Positions 1 through 11,498 of a stretch of 64,000 nt of DNA are shown in pieces. Where the stretch lies: the NCBI GenBank assembly GCA_002269645.1, contig NIVC01002090.1, positions 10,781 to 74,780 of the forward strand, in the 5' to 3' direction. The notes under the pieces are model-generated. The model was not told where the DNA came from. It was given only the letters and a program-made list of their open reading frames with translations, and did no database searches. Both the position numbers and the translations under genes were made by a program. Source of the DNA: Macrostomum lignano (Eukaryota). Each line of letters starts with the position of its first letter. The first letter of the stretch is position 1.

Positions 1-641
1 ACTTTGTATATTATATAAAGCAATTTTTATTTTATATTTCTTTTATTTATTGTTTTGTTCATTAGTTGTATTGTCTGACTTAATATATTATACAATATAT
101 ACTTTTGTAGCAAAAAGTGCAAAATATAAAAGACTTGATATAAAATATAAATTAGCTAGCAGTTTAAATGTTTTGTCTATTCAACAATTGTTTCTTAGTG
201 TCTCAACATTCAATCTATTAAGTATATATCATTGACTAGCAAAAAACATACATGTATATTGCTAAACTGACTTATTTAATTAACTTATTGCCAAACTGAC
301 TATTACTGAATGAACCTATCATTAAATGAATTGGTTCCTATCTAAACCTCCCAGCTTTAGAGAGTTTGAAAGGACCTGATTGGATAAACTGTGCCAACCC
401 CTATGCTAGAATTTTGTGTTTTTGTGTTGCATGATATCTAATAGGAATTTCGGCATGGTGGAGAACTAGCATAATGTATTTTTTACCAGAGAGCCTCATC
501 AGATTACTGCATATGTTTAAATTATCCGCTCAGCTGTCTGAATAACTGCTTATGTAGTTGCAGTTAGGTAATTGGCCCATATGTGGATTAGTCTATTCAA
601 ACTTTCGCATCCTTCAAATATTTGACTTGTTATTTTTTTAG

Positions 642-746
642 TTTGAAACCGCATACGACTTCTTTAAAAGTCTGTTCGATGCATTCAAACTTGCGCCAAC
701 TAAATATGACAGAGAGCTGGCTGAGCAGGTCATGTTCGTCTCGCAG
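642..746 (+). CDS. SDA1: SDA1 homolog, first exon identified in window (FETAYDFFKSLFDAFKLAPTKYDRELAEQVMFVSQ)
   Basis: Manual translation between ttttttag| (641) and |gtgacg (747); 35 codons resembling the SDAD1 N-terminus as I recall it ([21 protein letters not shown]). The upstream start exon was not found. Confidence 0.85.
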
Positions 747-842
747 GTGACGTAGCGTAATGATTTGCAAGTTGTTTTTATTGAATTAAAACAAACGATT
801 GTGGAAGAAGAAAACTGTTCAAACTTTTCGCTTCTTCTACAG

Positions 843-941
843 GTGTCTCATTGCTATCGGGACAAAGTGGCGGACTTTCCGCTTATGCTCATATCGCTGC
901 TTAAACAGAGCGCCAGTCTTATGGACTCCGAGATGCGAATG
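843..941 (+). CDS. SDA1: SDA1 exon (VSHCYRDKVADFPLMLISLLKQSASLMDSEMRM)
   Basis: cttctacag| acceptor and |gtgagt donor, phase 0; matches the SDAD1 segment ISHCY...LDPDLRM. Confidence 0.92.
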
Positions 942-1091
942 GTGAGTTTATATATTCATCGTGTTGAAACGTGTCCATAGGCTCTGACAGGGTGTACAGC
1001 AGTGGCCCTGAACTTCTCGTCGCTAGGCAGTGCAAAAGTTCGAGGACTGCTAATTTAGTAGAAATAAGTCAACATAAATTTCTTACCTCAG

Positions 1092-1274
1092 GCCTTCTGC
1101 AAAGCCCTCATCCTGATGCGCAACAAAGGCTTGGTGACTCCTCTAGACATTATGCAGCTATTCTGTCGCCTATTCAAATGCCAGGACAAACTGCTTCGCC
1201 GAACCCTATCTAGCTATATTGTGCAGGACGTGAAAAATGTCAACGCCAAGCATAAGAATGCCAAGCTGAACTCT
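1092..1274 (+). CDS. SDA1: SDA1 exon ([15 protein letters not shown]...DKLLRRTL...[15 protein letters not shown])
   Basis: cctcag| acceptor and |gtaagt donor, 61 codons, in a frame not listed in the ORF track; strong match to SDAD1 TFCKALILLRNK...DIKNINAKHKNNK. Confidence 0.95.
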
Positions 1275-1542
1275 GTAAGTAGTTCATCTTAATTTATAAT
1301 TGATGCAATGGTGTCGAGACCATGTGGCGATTCAATAATTCAGTAGGGATATATGATTTTTATAGCACACTTGAGACTGCTGTGCACAGCTCTCTGATCT
1401 GCTACCCCTATGACCCCCATGTACCTGATCTTCTTACAGCTGAATTCTTCTGGCCCAAATTTCCTCTTAATATCGGTGCTGTGTTCACATTAGTAGAGAA
1501 TGAGATCACGAAAGCCAAAACATCTAGTTCTGCAGACACACA

Positions 1543-2575
1543 GATCCTCTGATGCTGGGCCAGCCTCCCAGATCCTCAGTTGCTGGGCCAGCCTCCCTGA
1601 TCCTCAGTTGCTGGGCTAGCCTCCCAGATCCTCAGTTGCTGGGCCAGCCTTCCAGATCATCAGTTGCTGGGCCAGCCTCCCAGATCATCAGTTGCTGGGC
1701 CAGCCTTCCAGATCATCAGTTGCTGGGCCAGCCTCCCAGATCCTCAGTTGCTGGGCCAGCCTCCCAGATCCTCAGTTGCTGGGCCAATCTCCCAGAGTGT
1801 CAGTTGCTGGGCCAGCCTTCCACATCCTCAGTTACTGGACCAGTCTCCCATGCAGATCCTTAGTTGCGGGGCCAGCCTCCCAGATCCTCAGTTGCTGGGC
1901 CAGCCTCCCAGATCCTCAGTTGCTGGGCCAGTCTCCTAGAGTGTCAGTTGCTAGGCCAGCCTTCCACATCCTCAGTTGCTGGGCCAGCCTTCCAGATCCT
2001 CAGTTGCTGGACCAGTCTCCCATGCAGATCCTTAGTTGCGGGGCCAGCCTCCCAGAGTGTCAGTTGCTGGGCCAGCCTCCCAGATTCTCAGTTGCTGGGC
2101 CAGTCTCCCAGATACTCAGTTGCTGGGCCAGCCTCCCAGATCCTCTGTTGCTGGGCCAGTCTCCCAGATCCTCAGTTGCGGGGCCAGCCTCCCAGATCCT
2201 CAGTTGCTGGGCCAGCCTCCCAGATCCTCAGTTGCTGGGCCAGCCTTCCAGATCCTCAGTTGCTGGACCAGTCTCCCATGCAGATCCTTAGTTGCGGGGC
2301 CAGCTTCCCAGAGTGTCAGTTGCTGGGCCAGCCTCCCAGATTCTCAGTTGCTGGGCCAGTCTCCCAGATACTCAGTTGCTGGGCCAGCCTCCCAGATCCT
2401 CTGTTGCTGGGCCAGTCTCCCAGATCCTCAGTTGCGGGGCCAGCCTCCCAGATCCTCAGTTGCTGGGCCAGCCTCCCAGATCCTCAGTTGCTGGGCCAGC
2501 CTTCCAGATCCTCTGTTTCTGGGCCAGCCTCTCAGATCCTCAGTTACTGGGCCATCGTCACTTTCCCAGATCCTC
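1543..2575 (+). repeat. 28-bp minisatellite (GCTGGGCCAGCCTCCCAGATCCTCAGTT)n in an SDA1 intron
   Basis: Direct tandem periodicity; the ORF translations repeat every 28 aa, which equals three units. Confidence 0.95.
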
Positions 2576-2651
2576 ATTCTACGTAGTGTGACTGTCAAAT
2601 CGGAAAAATGCACTTATTGCTTCATCAAATCTGCCTGGAAAAACTCCACAG

Positions 2652-3101
2652 AGCCTGCAGAACCACATGCTAGCCGTCATCCAGGAGGACAGCATCGCCT
2701 CAAAGAAATGCGCCGAAATCATGGTTGAACTTTACCGCCGCGGTGTCTGGCGCGACGCCAAGACTGTCAACTTCATCGGCACCTGTTGCTTCTCTAAAGT
2801 GACAAAAATTCTCGTTACTGGATTAAGATTCTTCTGCTCAGCTAGCGAAGGAGACGGCGGCGGCGCCAGCTCGGACGACGACAGCGACATCGACGAGGAG
2901 TCGTACAAGCGACAGTCGAAGGGCGCCGCGCTGGCCCACCGTGTCGGGCCGAAAACTAACAAGCGCAAGAAGCGATTAGAACGACAGCTGCAGGCGTTGA
3001 AGAAGCACAAGAAGAAGAAGCGCCGTGTTGACGCGTTCGACACTGCGGCATTGCATCTGCTGCACGATCCGCAGACATTCGCTGAGAAACTGCTCAAGCA
3101 G
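2652..3101 (+). CDS. SDA1: SDA1 exon (SLQNHMLAVIQ...ELYRRGVWRDAKTVN...HLLHDPQTFAEKLLKQ)
   Basis: ccacag| acceptor and |gtttgt donor; overlaps ORF 2667..3110; SDA1 motifs ELYRR.W.DAKTVN, CFSKVTKIL and HDPQ.FAEKLLKQ. Confidence 0.95.
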
Positions 3102-3119
3102 GTTTGTTGATTCACTGTA

Positions 3120-3965
3120 GAGTCACTCAGTTGAGTCACTCTTTGGGTGTCAGTTGTCACTTTGAGTGTCAGTTGAGTCACTTTGGGTGTCAGTTGAGTC
3201 ACTCTTTGGGTGTCAGTTGAGTCACTCTGGGTGTCAGTTGAGTCACGTTGGGTGTCAGTTGAGTCACGTTGGGTGTCAGTTGAGTCACTCTTTGGGTGTC
3301 AGTTGAGTCACTCTGGGTGTCAGTTGAGTCACGTTGGGTGTCAGTTAAGTCACTTTGAGTGTCTGTTGGGTCACTCTGGGTGTCAGTTGAGTCACGTTGG
3401 GTGTCAGTTGAGTCACTCTTTGGGTGTCAGTTGAGTCACTTTGGGTGTCAGTTGAGTCACTCTTTGGGTGTCAGTTGAGTCACTTTGGGTGTCAGTTGAG
3501 TCATTTTTTGGGTGTCAGTTGAGTCACTCTTTGGGTGTCAGTTGAGTCACTCTGGGTGTCAGTTGAGTCACGTTGGGTGTCAGTTAAGTCACTTTGAGTG
3601 TCTGTTGGGTCACTCTTTGGGTGTCAGTTGAGTCACTTTGGGTGTCAGTTGAGTCACTCTTTGGGTGTCAGTTGAGTCATTTTTTGGGTGTCAGTTGAGT
3701 CACTCTTTGGGTGTCAGTTGAGTCATTTTTTGGGTGTCAGTTGAGTCACTCTTTGGGTGTCAGTTGAGTCACTTTGGGTGTCAGTTGAGTCACTCTTTGG
3801 GTGTCAGTTGAGTCACTCTTTGGGTGTCAGTTGAGTCACTTTGGGTGTCAGTTGAGTCACTCTTTGGGTGTCAGTTGAGTCACTCTTTGGGTGTCAGTTG
3901 AGTCACTTTGGGTGTCAGTTGAGTCACTCTTTGGGTGTCAGTTGAGTCACTTTGGGTGTTAGTTA
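3120..3965 (+). repeat. 20-22-bp minisatellite (TGGGTGTCAGTTGAGTCACTCTT)n in an SDA1 intron
   Basis: Direct tandem periodicity, with length variants in the T run. Confidence 0.95.
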
Positions 3966-4236
3966 GGCCGTTTTGAAATATCATCATAGCGTTATTTAGT
4001 ATGTCATTTTCAGCGTTAATGATGACGTCATTTTGGTAGTTCTTGTTAGTTTGTAATTCATTTTGGAATTTAACGTATTATATTTATGGTTTTAATTGTA
4101 TCCGAAAAAAATTCTACGGGTTTTTAATTTCCGTGAATTTTCATGCATCTGTAAGTCAACTATGTGCTAGAACGATTGTTTAAAGTAGCCTGATTAGAAA
4201 ACTGTTCCACTTTTATGCGAATTCTGCAAATTGTAG

Positions 4237-4704
4237 GTGGAAACGACAAGCGAACCGTTTGAAATTCGCCTACTAATGCTGGACCTGTGCTCTCGTCTGG
4301 TTGGCGTGCACAAGCTGCAAGTGCTGGGCCTGTACCCTCTGTTGCAGCGCTTCCTGACTCCCAGGCAGTCGGACGTCACCAGGCTATTATTATTCGCTGC
4401 CCAGGCTTCGCACAGTATGGTTCCGCCTGACTGCCTCGAGCCCATGGTTCGCACCATAGCTGACAACTTTGTGACTGATCGGGCCAGCGCCGAGGCTATC
4501 GCTGTTGGCCTGAACTCAATTAGAGAGATTTGCTCCAGGGCGCCCTACGCTGTCACCGAGGAGCTGCTTGGCGACCTTGTACAGTACAGATCCTATCGGG
4601 ATAAGAATGTTAGCAGTGCGGCTAAGAGCTTGATCCAGCTGTATAGGGAAGCTAATCCCGCTATGCTGCACAGGCGAGATCGGGGTCGGCCTACTGCCGC
4701 TCAG
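4237..4704 (+). CDS. SDA1: SDA1 exon (VETTSEPFEIRLLM...LLFAAQASH...NFVTDR...RGRPTAAQ)
   Basis: ttgtag| acceptor and |gtgagc donor; ORF 4237..4755; conserved LLFAAQASH, ANNFVTD-like and TEELL.DL.QY motifs. Confidence 0.95.
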
Positions 4705-5265
4705 GTGAGCACAGTTCTCCTTTTTGGTGTACTTTGGCATCTAGTTAGTATCTAGGGTTCGCAGGAGTTATAAAGGTAGCTGAAATGACTATCATAAGTT
4801 TAGAAGCCAAGCTTGCAGGCGTAAACAACTTGCTAATTGGTTCAGCAATAATGTACATTAGTCAGTCCACTGAGATGTACATGGCAGCTTTAGGCTGGAA
4901 TTATGAGAAAGGCAAAAAAATTGGGGCGGGGCGGGAGCTAGTGTGGAAAGGCGCGGTTGGAGGGTTTAAGCTGGGGGCGGGGGGAGTAAGAGCCAATAAC
5001 TGAGCCTTGGCTTTAAAAATACATTAAAATGCTTCAGTTTAACTTACTACTGAACTGAAAGTAGCTTACACGCAAATGTGCTGAGTGGCCCATCTTGCTC
5101 GTAGTTATTCTAGTATCTGGGGCCATAGCCGGTTTTCAGAGTTTCTAAAGCTGGTCATAACCGCTTAAACCGGTGCGCAACGTTATTAGGAAATTTGCTT
5201 CAAATATTTTTATCTCACTACTACTCGCCAGTAAGCCATCTCTTATGCTGTTTTTTTTTATGCAG

Positions 5266-6063
5266 GCGGAAGCGGCGGCTACCAGCGGCTCCGCCCTCGC
5301 TCAGTTCGGCCAGTCGGACGTCAAGGACTACTTGCCCGGCGCCGAGACCCTTGAACTCATGGATGGCGGCGAAGGCGGCAACGACGACGATGACTGGGGG
5401 GAAGAAGAAGAAGAAGAAGACAGCGACGATGGCAGCGGCGAGTGGGTGGACATTCCACAGTCGGATGACGAGGATGTTGCCAGCAAGACTGGCTCTGCTG
5501 CTGCTGGCGACGCAGCGGCGACCGCGTTGGACCCGACGGCGGCCCGACTGCGCGCCCAGGCGGTGGCCACCTCCCGGATACTGTCGCAGCGGGATTTCAA
5601 ACGGCTGGAACAGGCGCAGGCTTTGAAACGGATTCAAGCGACAACTTCGGGTAGGAAGCGGCGTCTGGCAGAAGCCGCCGCCGCCACCGCAGCCGCTGGC
5701 AAAGACAACAATAACGACGATAATGAGATCTCTATCTCGGCTGGCGATTCCGGACACCCGTCCGGTCTGGCTCAACTGTCCGACATTACTCGTCTGGCTA
5801 AGCGTCCGAAAATGTCCCGCTTGGAACGAATGGAATCGGCCGCCGAAGGTCGGCGCAACGATCCGGACAGTAAAAAGTACGGCTTCCAGGTGCGCAGGAT
5901 GAACCCGCACGCTAGTAGTACAAATGCGGAGAAGCGCAAATCCAAGGCCTTCTCAATGGTGAAGCACAAGGCCAGAGGCAAGACAGGCACTAGGAGCTTT
6001 CGAGACAAGCAGATCGCATTCAGGGACGCCCTGTTGAAACGGATGCGAAAGTCCAAGCGATAA
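5266..6063 (+). CDS. SDA1: SDA1 terminal exon (KDYLPGAE, acidic tract, GEWVDI, TSRILSQRDF, NPHASSTNAEK...RSFRDKQIAFRDALLKRMRKSKR-stop)
   Basis: ttttatgcag| acceptor in frame with ORF 5173..6063; matches the SDA1 C-terminal domain; TAA at 6061-6063. Confidence 0.95.
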   Translation, partial: AEAAATSGSALAQFGQSDVKDYLPGAETLELMDGGEGGNDDDDWGEEEEEEDSDDGSGEWVDIPQSDDEDVASKTGSAAAGDAAATALDPTAARLRAQAVATSRILSQRDFKRLEQAQALKRIQATTSGRKRRLAEAAAATAAAGKDNNNDDNEISISAGDSGHPSGLAQLSDITRLAKRPKMSRLERMESAAEGRRNDPDSKKYGFQVRRMNPHASSTNAEKRKSKAFSMVKHKARGKTGTRSFRDKQIAFRDALLKRMRKSKR

Positions 6064-6207
6064 TATTATAAAGTTCATTTGGTACTTTTTATTCAAATGA
6101 TATTTTGGGCATTTTCTCTCTGCGTCTCCCAGGCTCTTGAGCACTTTAATACCAGTTCTGATTGATGTATTGTAACCTGGTTGCTAATGGCTGGCATTGT
6201 TTGGAAA

Positions 6208-6213
6208 AATAAA
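6208..6213 (+). terminator. Candidate polyadenylation signal for SDA1
   Basis: AATAAA about 145 nt after the SDA1 stop codon; position is plausible but unverified. Confidence 0.3.
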
Positions 6214-6396
6214 AACTTATTTCTGATACGACGAGTGAAGTCGTTTCTGTAATTTTTGGATTTAAATCTTTGTTTAGCCTTTGATCTCTTGTGACTTTTC
6301 TTTTTACTGTATGTATAAATTATCTGTTGTTGTTGTTGATGTGTAGTGTCTTTTACATACGTCTTTAGATTAGACTTGCTCTTTCCCTTATTCATA

Positions 6397-7385
6397 ATCC
6401 CCTTGTGCACCCCTGCCACTGCACCCACAATCCCCTTGTGCACCCCTGCCACTGCACCCACAGGCCCCTTGTGTACCCCTGCCACTGCACCCACAATCCC
6501 CTTGTGTACCCCTGCCACTCCACCCACAATCCCCTTGTGCACCCCTGCCACTGCACCCACAATCCCCTTGTGCACCCCTGCCACTGCACCCACAATCCCC
6601 TTGTGCACCCCTGCCACTGCACCCACAGGCCCCTTGTGTACCCCTGCCACTGCACCCACAATCCCCTTGTGTACCCCTGCCACTCCACCCACAATCCCCT
6701 TGTGCACCCCTGCCACTGCACCCACAATCCCCTTGTGTACCCCTGCCACTCCACCCACAATCCCCTTGTGTACCCCTGCCACTGCACCCACAGGCCCCTT
6801 GTGCACCCCTGCCACTGCACCCACAATCCCCTTGTGTACCCCTGCCACTGCACCCACAATCCCCTTGTGCACCCCTGCCACTGCACCCACAATCCCCTTG
6901 TGCACCCCTTCCACTGCACCCACAATCCCCTTGTGCACCCCTTCCACTGCACCCACAATCCCCTTGTGCACCCCTGCCACTGCACCCACAATCCCCTTGT
7001 GCACCCCTTCCACTGCACCCACAATCCCCTTGTGCACCCCTGCCACTCCACCCACAATCCCCTTGTGCACCCCTGCCACTGCACCCACAATCCCCTTGTG
7101 CACCCCTTCCACTGCACCCACAATCCCCTTGTGCACCCCTTCTACTCCACCCACAATCCCCTTGTGCACCCCTTCCACTGCACCCACAATCCCCTTGTGC
7201 ACCCCTTCCACTGCACCCACAATCCCCTTGTGCACCCCTTCTACTCCACCCACAATCCCCTTGTGCACCCCTTCTACTCCACCCACAATCCCCTTGTGCA
7301 CCCCTGCCACTGCACCCACAATCCCCTTGTGTACCCCTGCCACTGCACCCACAGTCCCCTTGTGCACCCCTGCCACTCCATCCGC
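6397..7385 (+). repeat. 33-bp minisatellite (ACAATCCCCTTGTGCACCCCTGCCACTGCACCC)n
   Basis: 11-aa periodicity in four overlapping ORFs; about 30 units by length. Confidence 0.95.
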
Positions 7386-7589
7386 AGTAACTCCCAAGCG
7401 CCGCCCCATCTAAGCTGTCGTAAGTAAGTAATAAAATGACCTTAAATGTGCCTTTGCTTCAAACAACTAGCTGTTGTGTTTCTGGCATGCTTTTAAATAC
7501 AAACTTGGGCACGCCGGACTTGTGTCGCAGTGCCTATAAAACTAAGGATTGGCTAGCATAATCACACTAAGAAGATTTCAACCCAAATA

Positions 7590-7665
7590 AATGGCGCAGG
7601 ACAGCTTTCGCCATTCGCCGTTCGTCGAGTCTGACTCGCCTATCGCCGGTTCGAATCCTGTTTTT
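7590..7665 (+). mobile_element. Possible tRNA-derived SINE head fragment
   Basis: Perfect B-box GGTTCGAATCC at 7648-7658, preceded by GTCTGACT as in the other SINE-like heads; no full cloverleaf. Confidence 0.3.
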
Positions 7666-7711
7666 AGTGACGCTTCGGAAAATAATAGTGAGTCATATCG
7701 CCCTTTGTCAC

Positions 7712-7872
7712 TTGCGTGGGTTGCTGGGTAATTCAAGTGGGTTGCTGGGTTCTTCAAATGAGTTGCTGGGTCATTCAAATGAGTCGCTGGGTCTTTCAAA
7801 TGAGTTGCTGGGTCCTTCAAGTGGGTTGCTGGGTCATTAAAGTGGGTTGCTGGGTCATTCAAGTGGGTTACC
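7712..7872 (+). repeat. 21-bp minisatellite (TGGGTTGCTGGGTCATTCAAG)n
   Basis: 7-aa periodicity (NDPATHL) in the minus-strand ORF. Confidence 0.9.
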
Positions 7873-8411
7873 TAATCATTCAGGGTTGCTGTTTCTTCAT
7901 AGGGCTTCTTATTTTCATTGAGTCACTGAGTCTCAGTTATTTTTCAGGTACTCTTTGCTTAGAGCGTCAATATTACTGGCCCCCATTTATGAGCCGTATT
8001 GTAATCTAATCATTTCAACAGGCCAATCTGTCCTATTTTGTTACATCTGCGCTCTATTTTCACCGCAATAACAAACTAGAAATTTTTAGCACCCTACTCA
8101 TAGTACTAGTGCAAGCATATGAATGCGTTGGAGAAGAAGAAGGTTTCAAATAACAATTGAGTAGCAGAAGCACCCTGAGGTTCATCTGCTAGGATTTTCT
8201 TGAATTCAATCTATATATTCTATGCCTGTGTTTTTTGTTTCTTTTAATTGCATTTTCTTGTCTTCTTTTGCTATTCTAAGCCTACAGCTTACGATGAAGC
8301 AGATATTTGATAGCACGCCTGTCTTGCTGCGCAGTTTCTGATAAGCAACGGCAACCCCGCATTCCGCAGCTGGTCGCCTGCCAGTCCCCAGGATTAAGCT
8401 TGATCGACTTT

Positions 8412-8413
<2 letters not shown>

Positions 8414-8468
<55 letters not shown>
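8414..8468. repeat. (CT)n microsatellite
   Basis: Visible directly. Confidence 0.95.
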
Positions 8469-8470
<2 letters not shown>

Positions 8471-9260
8471 CTCGGCGCTGTAATCCATTCCTTGAGCACC
8501 CGGCCTAGCCCAGGACTGAAGGACTATATCCCAGCTGTCTAAACCTCAGCTCTCACTGTCTTACTCTCCATCAGCCAGCCACCTAGCTGAAGTCCAATTT
8601 GTTTGACAGTTCGTTCGAGATGCGGGAGAAAAAGAGACAGACGGGCGGCCAGATTTGAGCAGAACTACTCACTTTGCGGGATAAGCAGATCCCCTCTCTA
8701 GATGTGTGTGTGTGTGTCGCTGCGTCGATTCCCTAAAAATCCTCATTTCATTTCGATCCCCTAGCCTGCGGACCAATCGTATAGCATCCCTAGCTGTCCC
8801 CCGCCCCCCTACCCACACCTCCATGGCCAGGATCCTCTCTGATCCCGAATTTGTTTCATGAACCCCTTTCTTCCCACCTCATCTGGTTTTTATTTTTTGC
8901 AACTACCGTAGCGCTAGCCTGGCCTGAGATCGCATAGGTTTCTACCCCCCCGTTCTCTCCTTTGCAATCAACCAAGCGAAATAGGAAACAGATACGCGCA
9001 GATACAGAAAGCAGGCGCTGTGAGAAGGGAGAAAAATCCCTTACTAACTAACAACTGAAGGCGCAGAGAGCGCGCTCGCGCAAGAAAAGATTGCGTATAT
9101 GTTAGAAAGAAATACAGACACACACACGGGGAGAGACACGCGCTCAATACTTAATCATCGAATCCTGGGTGTTTCCTCCTAGTGTATTTATTCTGCTACT
9201 AGAAGACGCACGAGTATAGGCGGCAGACAAGACAGAGATATACAAATAATAGCAGCACCG

Positions 9261-9381
9261 ATGCTGTCAGAAGCCGACAGCTGCGAGGAATTATTGTCCA
9301 TCGACGCCGTCGTCACCGAGGTTGGCGAGTCCTTTAAGCAGCAACGGCGTCGGCCGCCGCATGGCAGGCGGTTCGCCTACG
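9261..9381 (+). CDS. dlg5: Probable first coding exon of the DLG5-like gene (MLSEADSCEELLSIDAVVTEVGESFKQQRRRPPHGRRFAY+G)
   Basis: GC-rich stop-free stretch from ATG 9261 to a strong donor G|GTGAGT (9382). The phase-1 end completes codon G|AC (Asp) with the exon at 46324. No homology support; based on splice compatibility only. Confidence 0.55.
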
Positions 9382-9508
9382 GTGAGTCTCCATCTGGCCA
9401 AAGAGCCCCCGACCCCTTTGGATTCTTTTGAGTGGCTCCAGGGTTACCGGTAGGGATGTTTTTTCTGCACTAAAATTGCTCTCTGTTGAATATTCTAATC
9501 ATAATTCG

Positions 9509-10440
9509 GCACATCTATGACAGTCATCTGATCACCTTTGGACACATCTATGACAGTCATCTGATCACCTTTGGACACATCTATGACAGTCATCTGATCA
9601 CCTTTGGACACATGACAGTCATCTGAACACTTTGGGAACATCTATGACAGTCATCTGATCACCTTTGGACACATCTATGACAGTCATCTGATCACCTTTG
9701 GCACATCTATGACAGTCATCTGATCACCTTTGGACACATCTTCGACAGTCATCTGATCACCTTTGGACACATCTTCGACAGTCATCTGATCACCTTTGGA
9801 CACATCTATGACAGTCATCTGATCACCTTTGGGAACATCTATGACAGTCATCTGATCACCTATGACAGTCATCTGATCACCTTTGGACACATCTATGACA
9901 GTCATCTGATCACCTTTGGACACATCTATGACTGTCATCTGATCACCTTTGGGAACATCTATGACAGTCATCTGATCACCTTTGGACACATCTATGACAG
10001 TCATCTGAACACTTTGGGAACATCTATGACAGTCATCTGATCACCTTTGGACACATCTATGACAGTCATCTGATCACCTTTGGACACATCTATGACAGTC
10101 ATCTGATCACCTTTGGACACATCTTCGACAGTCATCTGATCACCTTTGGACACATCTATGACAGTCATCTGATCACCTTTGGCACATCTATGACAGTCAT
10201 CTGATCAACTTTGGACACATCTTCGACAGTCATCTGATCACCTTTGGACACATCTATGACAGTCATCTGATCACCTTTGGCACATCTATGACAGTCATCT
10301 GATCACATTTGGACACATCTATGACAGTCATCTGATCACCTTTGGCACATCTATGACAGTCATCTGAACACCTTTGGGAACATCTATGACAGTCATCTGA
10401 TCACCTTCGGCACATCTAAGACAATCATCTGATCACCTTC
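9509..10440 (+). repeat. 33-bp minisatellite (GACAGTCATCTGATCACCTTTGGACACATCTAT)n
   Basis: Direct periodicity; minus-strand ORF shows MTVIDVSKGDQ repeats. Confidence 0.95.
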
Positions 10441-10764
10441 CAATTAAAAGCCACCTATTCACCCACTGGTTTCTTGGAGGTTTGAACCGCCCGTCTCTTT
10501 TCTTATTTATCAATAATAATTTGGACACGAAAAGTAATATTTTTCGAGCCGAAGCCGCACTTCCTTTTGCCGTCCGGTCCCGACTGTCGGGTTTGCTTAT
10601 TTAGTGCTTTTTTATTTTATCTCCCTGTCTGTCTGCCTGTCTGTCGCTTTAAGCAGTCAAACACATTTTAAGCAGATTGCAAAACCGTGTAAACCTGTTT
10701 CCGGGTACTCAAAGTCGCTGGCCTTGTTTTCTCAGTTCATGAAAACTTTATTGCAGCCTTCTAA

Positions 10765-10766
<2 letters not shown>

Positions 10767-10811
<45 letters not shown>
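10767..10811. repeat. (TC)n microsatellite
   Basis: Visible directly. Confidence 0.95.
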
Positions 10812-10813
<2 letters not shown>

Positions 10814-11430
10814 TTGGTTAAGCAAATCGTCAAAAGAATCCCTCGAAAAAGTTTTGCCTCTAAAGAGGCGTCGGAACTGCATGTACTCGTAAGCATTAGG
10901 CTTATGCCTGAGTTGAAGAGTTCGAGTAGGCAGCACTTGGTCTCGCATCATGCACTTGCTTCATACGAGCGTACCTCCTACGAGTATCTCTCTCTGGTTG
11001 TTACGCATGGCTTCACACTGCCCCGTGGCCCTCCCCCTTCCCATCTAACAGTTCTCTCTCTACAACACATGCTTTTGTCAGTAACTGTCATGTGACCCGA
11101 AGATAGGCAGCTAAGGTAGAGAAAGCTACCGAGTGTGCGTGGGATTCACCCCAACCCACCCATCTCAAAGCCGATTTACTGGCGGCTGGCTACGTGTACA
11201 ACAGGTGAAAATATGGGCAAGATTTTTTTGGAGTCATTAGTACTCCCCTCTATTTGCTGAGGGTAGTTGGGGTAAATGAGAGAAGCTGCTGGGAGGCTGC
11301 TGTTGTAGATAGATGCAAACGAGCGTATTTTGGAGACCAGTGTTGAGTAGCCTGTGTTTTACTGATTGACAACTGTATACTGAAGGTATTATTCAAGCTT
11401 TTAAAGATAAATTTTATGAGGTGTTGGTCA

Positions 11431-11490
11431 GAGCATCTCGGCGGTAAACACGTCTGACTCTCGCGCCACGACCCCTGATTTGATTCCGTG
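11431..11490 (+). mobile_element. tRNA-derived SINE head (degenerate)
   Basis: gagcatctcggcggtaaacacgtctgactctcgcgccacg...gatttgattccg aligns by eye with 49649-49720, which has clearer A- and B-boxes. Confidence 0.5.
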
Positions 11491-11498
11491 CAGTGATC

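Noticed and set aside
1552-2728. Overlapping ORFs of 91-240 aa (LLGQPPRSSVAGPASQILSCWASLPDPQ repeats)
   Set aside because: Translations of the 28-bp intronic minisatellite; the SDA1 frame splices across it.
6093-7427. ORFs of 438, 355, 340 and 243 aa resembling mucin or His/Cys-rich proteins
   Set aside because: A 33-bp unit lacking stops gives open frames on both strands; variation is not codon-biased in any obvious way and there is no exon context.
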